Assembly (NCBI RefSeq): GCF_006345805.1
Contig: NC_043002.1
Coordinates: forward strand, 40,238,001 to 40,302,000
Reading direction: 5' to 3'
Origin: Octopus sinensis
Taxonomy: Eukaryota
DNA length: 64,000 nucleotides
Shown: positions 34,645-48,330 of the stretch, in pieces
How the letters are laid out: each line of letters opens with the position of its first letter
Position numbering within the stretch: the first letter of the stretch is position 1
The notes under the pieces: generated by a model
Database searches by the model: none
What the model saw: the letters and a program-made list of their open reading frames with translations, nothing else
Told to the model about the DNA's origin: nothing
Position numbers and translations under genes: made by a program

Positions 34645-34980
34645 TACGATGGGCTTCTTTCAGTTTCTGTCTACCAAATCCACTCACAAGGCTTTGGTTG
34701 GCCTGAGACCATAGTAGAAGTGGTATGACTGAGACTATAGTAAAAGGTGCCATGCAGTAGGACTGAACATGGAACCATGTGGTTGGAAAGCAAGCTTCTT
34801 ACCACACAGCCATATATATATATATATGATGGGCTTCTTTCAGTTTCCATCATCGAATTCCACTCATGAGGCCTTGGTCAGCCTGAAGCTATAGTAGAAG
34901 ACACTTGTCCAAGGTGTCATGCAGTGGGACTGAACCTGGAACTATGTGGTTGGGAAGCAAGCTTCTCGCCACACATAACC
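34645..34980 (-). mobile_element. Two tandem SINE A heads separated by (TA)n
   Basis: GATGGGCTTCTTTCAGTTTC.. to ..CTTCTYRCCACAC occurs twice. Confidence 0.75.
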
Positions 34981-35039
34981 TCATCTTTTAGTATATATAT
35001 AGAACTACATTATTCTCTCTCCCTCTCTCTCTCTCTCTC

Positions 35040-35083
<44 letters not shown>

Positions 35084-35109
35084 ACCACAAAGCTAGAGAT
35101 GAGATAGAT

Positions 35110-35690
35110 TTAATGCAAAGATAGTTTTATTTCAAATTTTAATTAAAAGAGTAGCAGTACTCAAACTAACAGATAATCAAACACTACAGAGATTTAATGC
35201 TGTTGCTACTCAGCTTGATTAAAGTATGTAAGGAAAATACCAGCAAGGAGGGAGCTTCAGAGAGATCATTTTTGGCACAATATTTATTAAGAGAAATACT
35301 TAGAAATGAACTTTTGTTTGATTACCTCAGAGCAGCAGCAGTTGTAAGAGGTAGCATTGAGAAGTTAATGTAAGATGGGATGAAAAGGGAGGTCTGTTGT
35401 GGAGGAAGTTCATGGCTACTTCACATTTTATATGGATGGAGTAGTATCACAAAGAGTCGTGACAAGGGGCCAGAACATACCCTCAAGATAACATGTCCTA
35501 AAAGGTGAATAGATGAGAACATGGAGACAGTAAAATCATCAGGAGTGGGAAAGTTTGCAAGGCAGTGAGGGAGTTAGATAGGGAATGAATGGAATGGAGA
35601 TGATCAGATGTATCAGGTCATTAAGAATGAAATGTCCTATTTTGAACTGAAAGTTTATTTTACTTTATCTCAACAAAAAGCAATGCTCTT
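35110..35690 (-). mobile_element. Old L2/CR1-group LINE remnant
   Basis: Purine-rich degenerate sequence similar in character to 1860-2700. Confidence 0.3.
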
Positions 35691-35699
35691 ATAGAATTT

Positions 35700-35782
35700 G
35701 ACCCTCTTCAGCATGGGGGACCCCTTTAGCATGGGGCCCAATTGGGAGCAATCAGTCCAATCAGCTTAAGGCCAGCTCTTGG
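35700..35782. mobile_element. Small GC-rich MITE-like fragment
   Basis: GGGGCCCAATTGGGAGCAATCAGTCCAATCAGCTTAAGGCCAGCTCT, a GC-rich short element in AT-rich DNA. Confidence 0.4.
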
Positions 35783-35929
35783 GATGGAGATGATGATGGG
35801 CTTGTGGGAGAGATCCTGTTGTCTTGGTGTAAGGAAAGAGAAGAGAAAAAAGAAGTTAGTTGTTGACTTGAAAAGGAAACTAGGTGAAAGATCCAGTTCT
35901 ATGCATATACATGCTTCCACTGCAGTTGG

Positions 35930-37650
35930 ATCATATTATATTAGCATGGCTGGGTTTCTTGAGCACTGCATATTGTCAATCATCTCGGACCTTTGTCACC
36001 TTCTCCATGAAGCCCAACATCTTGAAATCAAACTCCACCATCTCATCCCATATTTTCTTGGGTCTCTCTTTCCACAGGTTCTTGCTATTGTAAGTAGTTG
36101 GCACTTTAGGCAGTTAGCCACATCCATATGCCAACCCAACATAGCCTTCTCTCTTACACACTACATCTACTTCCTTATTCTCACTTTTTCTCTCAAATTC
36201 ATACTTTGTCATTCATGTACATTAATTTTACACATCTTTGTAGTCTTCATAGCTTCTCTGCATTCAAGACCTATGTCTCACTACCATATAGTATTGCAGT
36301 TCATACACAGGTATCATACAGTCTGCCTTTCACTTTGAAAAACCTCTTCTTAGCAACAGAGGAAGTAATTCACTGAACTTTCTCCAGCCTGTTCTTACTC
36401 TACCTACTATACTCCCAAAACATCCTCCTCCACTGCTCATTGGATCATGTAGGTAACAGAAACTATTTACAACCTCTAGGGAACCTCTTAGACAATTGAG
36501 AGCATCTATTTTCTGTGTATTCCTAGTGTTTATTACCTACGTGCATCTATCACATGCAAAATCTGTTTTTTCTGTTAATCTGCCTATGATTCCATTGCAC
36601 CTCTTGTGTGTCCATAGCCAGTATTGGGTACACTGTATGGAGTTTCCACTTCTTTCTCTACATATCAAACAAGGCCAGTACCCTGATGGTTGCATTTGGT
36701 CCTGGCTGTTTTCTTGCATACAAATACTTTAGATTTTACTAAGTTACCTCTGAGACCTTTTGATTCCAGATTTTCCTTCTCTGCTTGAAATTTTTTCTCG
36801 AATACTACTAGAGATTCAGTCATGGACATCAAGTCTTAACTTCTTCCGTTATGGCCTAGAGAACTATAAACAGAGACTAACTGATCACTGAGCTCTGGTG
36901 GACACAGCTGTACTCATTGTTAACTCTCACCTTGCTGACAGTATCCCTGTACATAGGTAGTATTGTTTTCACTAACTGACTTCCTCAGTGTTCATCAGAT
37001 GGTGATGAACACTGTGAGGGATCTTGTTAGAGGCTTTCCTCAGATTGATGAAAGTTAGATGTAGCAGCTTACTGTTAGTTAAGTATTTTTGAAGTTGCCT
37101 TACAAGGAAAATGGCAGCAGTAGTACTTTTTCTTGACTCAAATCAGAACTGCATCTCATTCAAGGTTAACTCTTTTCCTAATCAAATAAGTTATAACTCT
37201 GTCACCTTCATGACTTAATCAACAAGTTGACACTCTTGTAATTATTTCTCTCTAAGACATCTCCTTTGTCCTCATAACAGTTAACTATGTTGCTGTTACA
37301 CTGGTCACTCTGTAGAACTCCTTCCTATACAACCTGATTGACTAGTTTATATTCTACTCTACCAGATATTTCAAGTATTTCAGTGGTAATTTTTGATGGA
37401 CAAAGCGCTTTCTTTGACTTCATATCCTTAATTACTTTATCTATTATACTGCTTCATATTAGAATGACTGGTCTTTCACTCAGGTCCATACTGGGAAGAT
37501 CATCTTTCTCCCATGCATTCTTCACACCTAATAGCCTTCCATAGTAGTGCTTCCTTTTCTCTTTCTTCTCAGAAACACTAAGCACAATAATACCATTATC
37601 CATCTGTACACACTTCTCCCCCATATCATGATTCTCTTGGGTGCACTGTT
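35930..37650 (-). mobile_element. Old degenerate RTE LINE
   Basis: Minus-strand remnants of the C-terminus, PHD (WPCLICRERSGNSIQCTQYWLWTHKRCNG..FACDRC) and RT regions; many stops. Confidence 0.8.
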
Positions 37651-38104
37651 TTGCAATCCACAACACTTCATGCCTCTGATCCTGACATTGTAGAACACTA
37701 AAAAAAACCCTCAGTTCTGCTATCTCCTTCCTGACAGAATTCTCTGCTGTCCTTATTCCTCCAAACCAGCACCTTCACGTTTATGTCCCTGTCTATCTCA
37801 CTGTTCCACCTCCATGTCACTTTCTGTCTGGCTGGAACACTGCACCAGACACAGGTCCCATCTACAGCCCTCTGTAGATTGTACTTTAGGAACTACTAGT
37901 TGTTGTATACACTGTAAATTTCTACTTCTTCTTGTCATCATATGTTTTAACTAGTACTTTTCTAAATTTCAGACTGCTTGGTACATCTTTTAAGTTTCCA
38001 TATCTTTCTTTTCCAAATGGATTTCTGCTTCCGGGTTCATCTAGGTCTTAAATCCTAAGTCACCAGCTACTAACTGATGTTGGGTTGTACATTATCTCTT
38101 CATA

Positions 38105-38500
38105 ATTCCACCCGATGCAGAACATCACCTTGTGTTCAAATTGCCCATGTTTGGCAAGTGGTTCCAGAAGCTGGCTCTTGCTTAACCACTGCTTATGCAT
38201 GTTAGGATTGCAGAAAAATATCTCCCTTGGATTATTACTTGTTTCAATCAATGGGTTGCTTCCTGCCCTCACGGCACTTTATCAACCAAGAGGAAGTGGA
38301 AGCTTCAGTGAACGGGTTCTTTGCTTCATAGGACAAGAACTGGTATTGGTATGGGATAAAAAAAGCTGGCAGGAAGATAGTTTCAAACAGTGCAACATAT
38401 TAGCCTCTACTTCGAATGCTAGACTGCTTTTGTTGTAACTTGAATAAAACAAATAAGTTACCAAAATATAACAAAACTTTTGACTCAATGCAATAGCAAC
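38105..38500 (+). mobile_element. Mariner transposase 3' fragment with right TIR
   Basis: NQEEVEASVNGFFAS*DKNWYWYGIKKLAGR* matches the mariner C-terminus; the terminal AACTTTTGACTCAATGCAATA is complementary to the TIR at 63207. Confidence 0.7.
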
Positions 38501-38879
38501 CCTGATTGGAAAGGTGAATAATAAAGTTTTAAGATGAAATAGTAGTAGGCTGAATGTGAATAAAATATCTGAGCATCATATCAACATGCAAACCAACCAA
38601 ATAACTGAATGAATGAACAAAAACTCCTGCACACATTATTACAATGAAGTGTGGTAATTAAACTTCAAAGGAAATCATTATGAATATTTAGCCTTTATTT
38701 TGTACAATTACTAATTTTTTTATTTTTATAGTTTAAAAGAAACAACTCATTAATGTGAAGAGAACTAAGCAAGGTTTTCTATACTATTCCTACCAGTAGA
38801 TTTAGTTTAAATTTGTTTCTTGCTATGGTCTGGCTATGTCTGGTTATTATTAGCACTCCTATTACATTTAAGTGGTTTA

Positions 38880-39306
38880 TAGTAGGAAGTGGTTCCAAAT
38901 TTGCAACAATAATAATAATGTTGAGGGAAGGGTGTGAGTTGATCACATTAACCCCAGTACTTGCTTGGTAATTTTTTATAGGCATTAAGAGGATAAAAGG
39001 CAAAAATGACCACAGAATATAACGTGTAGGAAGAAGTGCTGCTAAGCACCACCACCACCACTAATAATAATAATAATAATGATAATAATAATAGTCCTTT
39101 CTACTATAGGCACAAGGCCTGAAATTTGGGGAAGGGGGCTAGTCGATTACATCAACCCCAGCACTCAACTGGTACTTATTTCATTGACCCTGAAAGAATG
39201 GAAGTCAAAGTCAACCTCGGCAGAATTTGAACTCAAAACGTGAGGACAGACAAAATGCCGCTAAATATTTTGCCCGGCATGCCAATGATTCTACCAACTT
39301 TCCACC

Positions 39307-39341
<35 letters not shown>

Positions 39342-39550
39342 CCTTTCTTCTAAAGGCACAAGGTCTGAAATTTTGTAGGAAGGGAGTAGTCAATTACATC
39401 AAGCCCAGTTCAAAACTGGTACTTGCTTTATCGACCCTGAAAGGATGAAAGGCAAATTCGGTGGAATTTGAACTCAGAATGTAAAGGCAGAAGAGATGCC
39501 ACTAAGTATTTTGTCTAGCATGCTAATGATTCTGTCAGCTCTCTGCCTTA
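38880..39550 (-). mobile_element. Cluster of three SINE B copies with (AAT)n/(TAG)n tracts
   Basis: Copies at ~38880-39010, 39095-39310 and 39340-39550. Confidence 0.75.
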
Positions 39551-39571
39551 GTAATAGTAGTAGTGGTGGTG

Positions 39572-39613
<42 letters not shown>

Positions 39614-42094
39614 TAGTAGTAGTAGTAATGATGAATAAATAAATAAATGAAAAGTCATTCAGAATAGTTGGGGAAAAAATGGACACATTATAACAAAAAA
39701 ACAAAGACAAAAATACTTGAAAAACTGAGTACATATGTCAGAGAGAAAGAGAAAGCTCATAAAAAAAAACAACAAATTTCAAAATATCAAAGAAACTATG
39801 TAGGACTTCAAGAACATTGTATGTTATTAAAATATGATTTGAATTTTAAAAAATAGTTAATTGAATTTTCAGTTGATGCTTCAAAACTGTTCTACATAAG
39901 GAATGACAATTATTACAGCTATGCAATATTAAAAAAAAAATGTTAAGTGGAACTATTCTACTTCATGTACAGACATTACTGAAAGTTGTATCACATTAGA
40001 GTGCTTTCCTACTAACCAATGAAGAATTCAATTCCATCATGTGTAGTAAATCTAATATAGCCACTACTTAAATCATGGTATGACTTCTTACCACCTAAAT
40101 TGTATGAAAGTAAAATTAGAATGTACAGCTCAATGATGTTTAGCAAATAATTAGACCCCATGCAGTGTTCATCTACCCAGACGTTTAAGTGGTAATGACT
40201 TCAAAATTAACATGCAAGAGTTTTGGAATATTGATAAATAAATAAAAACTCTAAAGCTTCAACCTCTATTTACTACAAGCAGGGCCTGTGGAAATTCCAT
40301 GGTTGTTTTGAAAACTGTAAGATGAATGGAAATTTATAGAGAACAAAGAAATATATAATTTCTTTTGAAATTACATTTTTCCTAAAACGAATGATTCATG
40401 AGATGGTATAGAAGTTTGCATAGATTGCACTGAAGGTGCAGTCATAAAAGAGAACACCTTTGAAAGTTAAATTCCTTGTTATAAACTTGTCACTCTTCTA
40501 CCTTGATAGTTGTTATCTATTATTTTTCACGTTATGACAAGAAGGAAACAATCTCAATTACAGAATGACATCAAATTCATAATCTTTCTATAGTATTATT
40601 CTGCTATGATTCAAATGTTTGTTAAAATTTTAAAATCCTAATAATGTACAACACATTTTTATTTGTATAAGAGAAAAGCTTACATGGTTAGACTTGAACT
40701 CATTGTCTGAGTGAATGAAGTATTATAGCTGCCCCACTGAGTTGTGGATTCTAAAAAAACATACCAGTAATGTAGACATAACATAGGTACAGGTATAAAT
40801 ATATGATTAAAAAAATATGCATGGAAACCATACAAATCTGGTTTTGGTCCCTTTGCAAATTACTTTTTATTATCGTCTCAAGTTTAATAATACACTGAAA
40901 GAAAGTTGGTAGGTAGAAATTGTTCAGAAACGTGTTTTAATATATATATGTGTGTGTGTATATATAAGTTGTTTTTTTTATATTTTAGAGAATGTGTGTG
41001 TTTACATTTATGCCACTTAAAACTGGAGATGTTTATGTACCATAATATAGCAGTTCAAATATACATTGGTAAAACAAGTATCCAACTTAAAAATATGAAC
41101 ATAGTTGATATACCAGACTAAACGTTAATGGCAGGGCACTAGCATGTCCATGACCTAATAACCTGCAAAATAATAAATGAATATCTTGTTATATCTATTT
41201 CCAGATTTCTAAATTTCAGATAGTTTCTTCATTTCTTTTAGAGATACATTGTCATCTTTTGGGATTGAAACCTTGATTAGGAGACATTTGTTTTCTTGTA
41301 AATTTAAAAGCGAACGTCTTTGAACATTATATTCCTTGTTGTACAATTGTCAATCTTCTATTTTGATTGAAGTAAATTGACTAGATTTACTTCAATTTCC
41401 CTACCTAGGAGATTAAGGCAAATCTACAAGATGTTACTAATATGAATCGGTATGTTCCAAATCTACCTACAAGCCCAACCATCCTCAATTTTTTGCTTCT
41501 AATATTTCTCCATCTATCTTCTTGTACCTTGAAGGTGTGCTCTGCTTTTTCTTGCACCAAACTTTCTCCCTTTCCTGCTGGGATAGTCATGCTCCTCTTT
41601 CCTGATTTAGCCTCTTGGCATCTGGCACAAAGTCACCTCCCACAATACTGCATTCCATCTCTGTCCAGAGGTCTGGTCTTGTGAGTTATTTGGTAACCTC
41701 ACAAGTGCTGGAACCATGAAATATGTATACATTGGAAAATGGCTGGCATTAGAAGGGCATCCAGCTTTTGAAAATTTGCCAAAACAGACACTGAGGATCA
41801 ATGCAGACCTCAAGCTGGTCAGATACTGTTAACAGGTTAACCCTTGCTAGCATGAAATCTGGATGTTAAAATGATGATGATGATATATAAAAACAAGTAC
41901 ACCTTAGTTAATAGTATTTATTTAACTGTCACTCGTCTTATGAATAATGTAATGTAAATGTATTTCTAATAGGTTATACCTCTGATTTCCTTTCATAGTG
42001 TATGAGTAAATTGTTTTACAAATAATGTAAATTTTATGCTTTGATTTTGTTCCATAATCAGATTGTTATATATATATATATATATCTATATATT

Positions 42095-42720
42095 ATATCG
42101 ACTCGGGCCCCGTGGCACGTAAAATACTCCAATGCGACCGTACGAAGGCCCTGCCAACCCCCTTTGCTGTGAGACATGTTTGGGGCAAAGCGAAATCGAA
42201 ATCGAATTGAACCAGCCAGGATCCCTGGTCTGGTGGTACGTAAAAAGCACTATCCGACTCGTGGCCGTGGCACGTAAAATACTCCAATGCTCGACCAAAA
42301 AAAATGTACGAATGCACCTTGCCAACCCCCTTTGCTTGTGAAGACATGTTGGGCAAGCCGAATCGAAATCGAATTAACCAGCCAGGATCCCTGGTCGGGT
42401 GGTACGTAAAAAGCACTATCCATCCCGACTCGTGGCCGATGCCAGCAACCACTCGCCTCGACTGGCTTCCGTGCCGGTGGCACATAAAATACACCAATCT
42501 GACCGGCCGTTTGCCAGCCCCCGCCTGGCACCTTTTGCAGGTGGCACGTAAAAAGCACCCACTACACTCATGGAGTGGTTGCGTTAGGAAGGGCCATCCA
42601 GCTGTAAACATTGCCAATTAGACTGGAGCCTGGTGCGCCTTCTTGCTATTCCCAGAACACCCCGGTCGAACCGTCCAACCCATCTAGCATGGAGAACGGA
42701 CGTTAACACGACGATGATGG
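42095..42720 (+). mobile_element. RTE 3'UTR and tail of the young subfamily, indel-rich
   Basis: Homologous to the reverse complement of 3373-4200; flanked by (TA)n. Confidence 0.85.
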
Positions 42721-45700
42721 TATATATATATTATATATATACTGATGGGAGTAGACTAATAATAGAGATACCAGATATATTTTAAGATTTGATTGAGCAG
42801 AACATAATTATCGCACTTATATATTAATTAGAATATAATTTTAAGTGATTGACAATTTAAAAAAAAAACATACTTGTTTCAGTCACTAAACTGTGGACAT
42901 ACTTGAATGGTTTTAGTCAAACAAATTGACCCCAGTTTCTTTTGGTGAATTAAGTTATGGGAGTGATGGGGACAAACACTAATACAAACATTTATATATA
43001 TGATGGACTTCTTTTAGTTTCCATCTACTAAATCCACTCATGATACTTTGATTGGTTGTGCAGTGGGACTGAACATGGAACCACGTCTTTGGGAAACAAA
43101 CTTCTTACCACACAGCCACAATAAAACACTACACTTTTCGCCATCTCCATCTTCATTAACCATTATCTTCATCAATGACACCATCACCACTTTAACAGCT
43201 ATGACTGTTCTCAGAACATTATAAGCATGTATGCAATTATCTCTAGCATTCTTTTCCCTATACTCTCACCACTACATTTCCTCTGGTAAACACTCTTTTC
43301 CTTTTATCTTTGCCTCTTCTTGTTACCCAATTAGCAAAATAGCATTCCCTATCTCCTACCTTCCTCTCGGTCTCTGTATATCCATATCTCTTCAACCAGC
43401 TATTTCACAGAATATTAATAGTGTAAGGGTAGATATTTAATCTACTGAATTAAAAAAAAAATTAAAGTCAAGGAACATGGTTCTGAAATCTGAAGTAAAG
43501 AAAATTGAGTGGAGCATGCAGTGGGGAAGAAACATTCTGAATGCATGCTACTTTAAATTTTGGATTTCACAACTATCCCCCTTGTCTTTCTTGATAAAAA
43601 TTACCATTAACACTGTCATTTCTCTTAATTACAAGTGTAATTTAAATTTTCATTCGTTGAGGCTTTCATTGTTAGTATCAACTTAATATATTTCTTCATG
43701 CAGAAGGAATCTCTGGGAAATGAACTCATCGCTCCAACGAGAGTTGGTAATTTAGATGATATTCATCTAGTAGATGGCTATAGATTGTTGTTAGAGGTAG
43801 TGCTCCAGCCTGGCCTCAGCCTCTGGCAAAAAAACAATATAAGATAAAAAATAGCATATTCTAGATAGTCTTATGCTATTAGTAGTTTTATAATTTAATC
43901 ACACTCCATGGTAAGTCATATTAGAATCAGTGAATGTTTTCACTCAATCCTCTCAGCCATTCTAAGACCTAATAAGTACAAGTAAAATTACACTCCCCCG
44001 AAGAGGACTAATAAAACTGAAACATGTCTAGGATTGTCACTTTGCTTAACAATGGTCAAACTCACTGCAGACATCTACTTAATATTTATCTAGTTGAATT
44101 TTGCAGCTGTCTCGCAAGCCTGTCTTAAAAAAAAAAAAAAAAACGTAATGTTATATACTTTTTACATAACACATGCAATTTTAATTATGAGACATTTTGT
44201 AGCTCACCACATGATGTATATTAGCCTCCCTCACTTCACATGCTCTTCATACAGAAGACATCCCAGAAAATGTTTTCATGTCATTAATTACTAACCTTAC
44301 ATCCTGTATATTTTCATGATGGACTAGGAATTTATTTTGTATAGAGGCACTAGTGTGTGTTAAACATATTGCATGACAGTGAAATATAAGTATGAAGTTT
44401 TACAAAGAGAAGTAATGAATGTGTGTTACATGTATGATAAAACTACATATAAATTTAGATGTAAGAAAGATTTCAGTCATATGATAAAACCCTCTGATGA
44501 GAACTGGGTTAAGGAAGTATGAGTGGGTTTTAATTAGAACCAAACCAAGATAAACAAATTAGATGTTCGAACAATTAGAGAGAGATAAATACAAAAATGA
44601 AAGAATGACAAAATTATACAAAATCATTTAGTATAGGGAATGTTCGTTGTACAAATCTAAGAATTGCGATGTATAGAAGCAAAGCATTCATGTTTTACTG
44701 ATTGGCTTTATTGTTAGAAGTGAAGAAAAATGGCTGAACCTAGGAATGAAAGTAGGTACAAAGAAAGCTTGCTGGAAGCTAAACTATTAAATAACACTTG
44801 CTTCAGTGGCCAAAAATTACATTGTTTATTACATTTTGGTAACACTAGCATTATCTGTTATATTTTCAATGAAATCATTGGTTCATAACATTTACAATGA
44901 AGAGTGGTAAGGGATTGTCTGAGCAAGTCAGGTGGAACAAATATCACAAAGGGCTTCATTTAAAGAACTGGCTTATCAGTTTCTTATCAAAAGATATCTT
45001 CCAACATTATCCTTTATCCTTCAACCGCTCTTCCATCACAACATTGTGTATCAAGGGATAGCATAAAATCTGTCTTGTCCTTACCTCCTATCATTTTTCT
45101 TTACTATTGGCATTCACCACTCTCTTGACTGAACAGGAACAACATAGAGAATGCTCTTCAGTGATGACAAACTTTTCAGCGCTGGTGGCCAATAAAATGC
45201 ACCTAGTATATTTTATAAGAAGTTGATATCAGGAAGGATATTCTGTTGCATAAACCAGACCAAACAGGAAATGTATGAGTGAAACATGATCCTCTGACGC
45301 ATCTAACTTGTATTGTGATACCAAATCCAACCCATACCAACATGGAAAAATAATGTAAATGATAATACAGGATATATTTTTTTTATCATCTGCAAAATTC
45401 CATTCATAATCATTGCTTAAAATGTAGCACAGTGGCACTGAATCCAGAATATGAAGTAAAGTTCTTAACCATACAACTGTATAATTAACAAATATGAAAC
45501 ATTAACTAACTACATCAGAAGATGTATCAATTAATGAAAAGATGGAAAGAGGGAGAAAAAATGTTTTGACGGTGGAACTTGAAGTAAATTTATAAATAAT
45601 AATGTGTAGAATATGGGATTAAAAAACAAAAAAACCATTGGGTGGAAAAAGAAAAAAAAAACAAAAGCTGCCAGACTTCAAAGTTTCTGCATTTTTATGA

Positions 45701-47438
45701 TGTTAAAAAAAAAAATAAATAAATTATTAATCTGAAAAATTATAATAAGTTTAATCAATCTTGAAAAGAATTTCCTTTGTTTTCAAAACTGCAAAGTAAA
45801 ATATTTACAATAGTAAATATCACCTGTAAGTAAAAAGAATAGGTTTAACCAAGCTAAAAAGGATCCAACTAGATCATCTCTATATGGTCAGTTTACCTGC
45901 AAGAAATAATAGCCAAATATCCCCTTCAATTATAACCCATCTTAAAAAAGAAAAAAACAGACATTAAATAATGTAGATAACTGCCTGAAAAAATGGAAAA
46001 CATAGATAAGATGATCTTGGTTTTGATTATATATCTGCTCAATCAGGATTGATCTGGGGCTATGCAAAAACTGGTCGTAAATTTGAATCCAACAACATAA
46101 ATGACTTCAGATAAAAAGCCCATTACAAATCTCAGTCTGCCAACTGAACTAATATATTATCACTTGATAATGAATTGTTTATAACTTAGGACTTCCACTA
46201 GTCTACAAAAAAAAGTTTAGAATTAGCCACTCCAATTAATTACATTGAATGGAATGTTCACACAATAACTAAATATCAAAAACAAAAAATTCTTTCACAA
46301 AGTATTTAATATATTGTGATATATCATTTCTAATATAAAAGCGATGAGTTGGTAGAATTGTTAGCATACTGAACAAAATGCTTGGCAGCATTTCTTCCAG
46401 CATCACATTCTGAGTTCAAAGTCAACTGCCTTTCATCAATGTAACTGACTTGATCCCCCCACCCTAAAAATTGCCAGCTTTGTGTCAAAATTAGAGAGAA
46501 TATTATTTCAATTTTGGGATATATTTTATAAGCTTTGTTTAAGTTCATATAAACACCATAGTTTTATAATAAAAATTTGAGTATTTGGATTGCATCACAT
46601 GCCATCTTTATTTCTTTTTTTTTATCAATTAGCAAGAAGTTCTTTCAAAGTTAGTTGCTATTTTGTTTTTAGAATTTATCTTAAACAGGAATCCGCTGTG
46701 TAAGAATTTTTGCCAAAAATTTTGAAGTCAGACAAAAAATTCTCTAGCAATAATGTGTCCAGGAAACAATATATATTTTGGATATAATTTTTACCCTATA
46801 AACTAAAATATATCAGCACAAGCTAACAAAGGAATCATTCCATTTACTAAAAACAGCAACCAAATTTCATTCAAATAACACCCAGTCCTTTTAGAAAAAA
46901 ATGTAGTTCTTGCTTTACAAAAAGTGAAATGACATCAATAGGAACATCTGTGATCGTAGTTTTCAGTTGAGCAACATATATTAATATTAAATTCTATTCT
47001 TAGACATTTTACCCAGTGCTGAAATAGATACTAGTAAGACAATGACTGGTTGGTAACAGAACAGGTTATGACAAGTCATTCTAAAGTCCATCTCATGATA
47101 ACATGGAAGATTAGAGACATAGTTTTTGCTTGACACAGGTACAGACTAAACCATCAGAAAAGAAAACAAATGAAACTGGTAATCTGAAACTAAACAACAT
47201 GAAATAAGAAAGAAGCTAAATGAAATAGAGAGGGCAAATAAAAAAGATATACTGAATGTATAAGCTGCAAGATACTCTAATTCCTAACTGTAGAAGTCTC
47301 AACATTATTCTTCACACTGTAGTTGAAACTAGCAAGCTTGCTTTCTATGCTGCACTGGAGAAACAGAATTCATTTCAGGCTAATCTGAAACAGACAACTT
47401 AAGAAATATACTTTATATATTTGCTTAATCACTTGTGG

Positions 47439-47510
47439 AGAAAAGTGGCACAGTGGAAGAATGCAGCACCCATAACCCAGAAGTCCATAGGTTGAAACTG
47501 TCTCTTGAAG
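47439..47510 (+). pseudogene. Initiator tRNA-Met (CAT) pseudogene
   Basis: AGAAAAGTGGCACAGTGGAAGAATGCAGCACCCATAACCCAGAAGTCCATAGGTTGAAACTGTCTCTTGAAG aligns without gaps to the conserved eukaryotic tRNA-iMet; anticodon CAT 47471-47473 and GAAAC T-loop kept, stems broken. Confidence 0.75.
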
Positions 47511-47984
47511 AAATGGTACTACAGGAATAGGTACAAATTATATTAAGCCACAGAGATTTATGCAGAGTCAAGGGGTCACCAACTGATCAAAATCCCAAAT
47601 AGTGTAGTGAGTAGACAATAAGATTTTATTTGGTAATACTTTCTAAGCATGTATGTCAATCTTTTACTTTCTAAACATTAGGCCTCAAGCTAATATAAGA
47701 CATCCTTGTTAACAAGTGGCAGTTGATAGAGAATCAGATAAATGGTTTATCAAAGGTTTAATACAATAATCATATCTAAACAGTTTAATGTTCAATAAAA
47801 GAAGTTTGAGTTAACTGACTGTAACACCTCCCCTTAGATAAATAAAAGTACTCTACTTATATGACAGTATTCATACACACAGACATGTAGCAGTACCTTA
47901 GGGGAGTAATTTTGCCAATAAGAAACACACACTGGTTCTATTTTACTTCTTTTTATTAATTACTAATCAACCATGAAGACAGTG

Positions 47985-48330
47985 AGCTGGCAGAATAGTT
48001 TAGCAGGTCAGACAAAATACTTAGTATTTCATCCAACTTTATGATCCGAGTTCAAATTCTGCCAAGGTCAACTTTGCCTTTCGTCCTTTTAGGGTTGATA
48101 AAATAAGTACCAGATGAGCACTGGGGTCAATGTAATTGACTTACCTTTCTATCAAAAGCGCTGGCCCTGTACCAAAAATTCAAAAGAGCTGTTACTAATC
48201 AACTATAAAAGTAGCAAACTGACAGAATTGTTAAAATTTGTTTCATTGTGCAGTATTTGTTCTGGCTCTTCTTTGCCTTTCATCCTTTTGCAGTTGACAA
48301 AATACAGTACTAGTCAAATCCTAAGGATCA
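47985..48330 (+). mobile_element. Two tandem SINE B copies
   Basis: Heads at ~47985 and ~48205. Confidence 0.7.

Noticed and set aside
35742-36338. 198-aa plus-strand ORF
   Set aside because: Antisense to a decayed RTE plus MITE; no recognisable protein
44480-44530. CTGATGA as a hammerhead core or snoRNA box (also 20778, 19441, 48603)
   Set aside because: No paired GAAA/stem architecture and no terminal stem with C and D boxes
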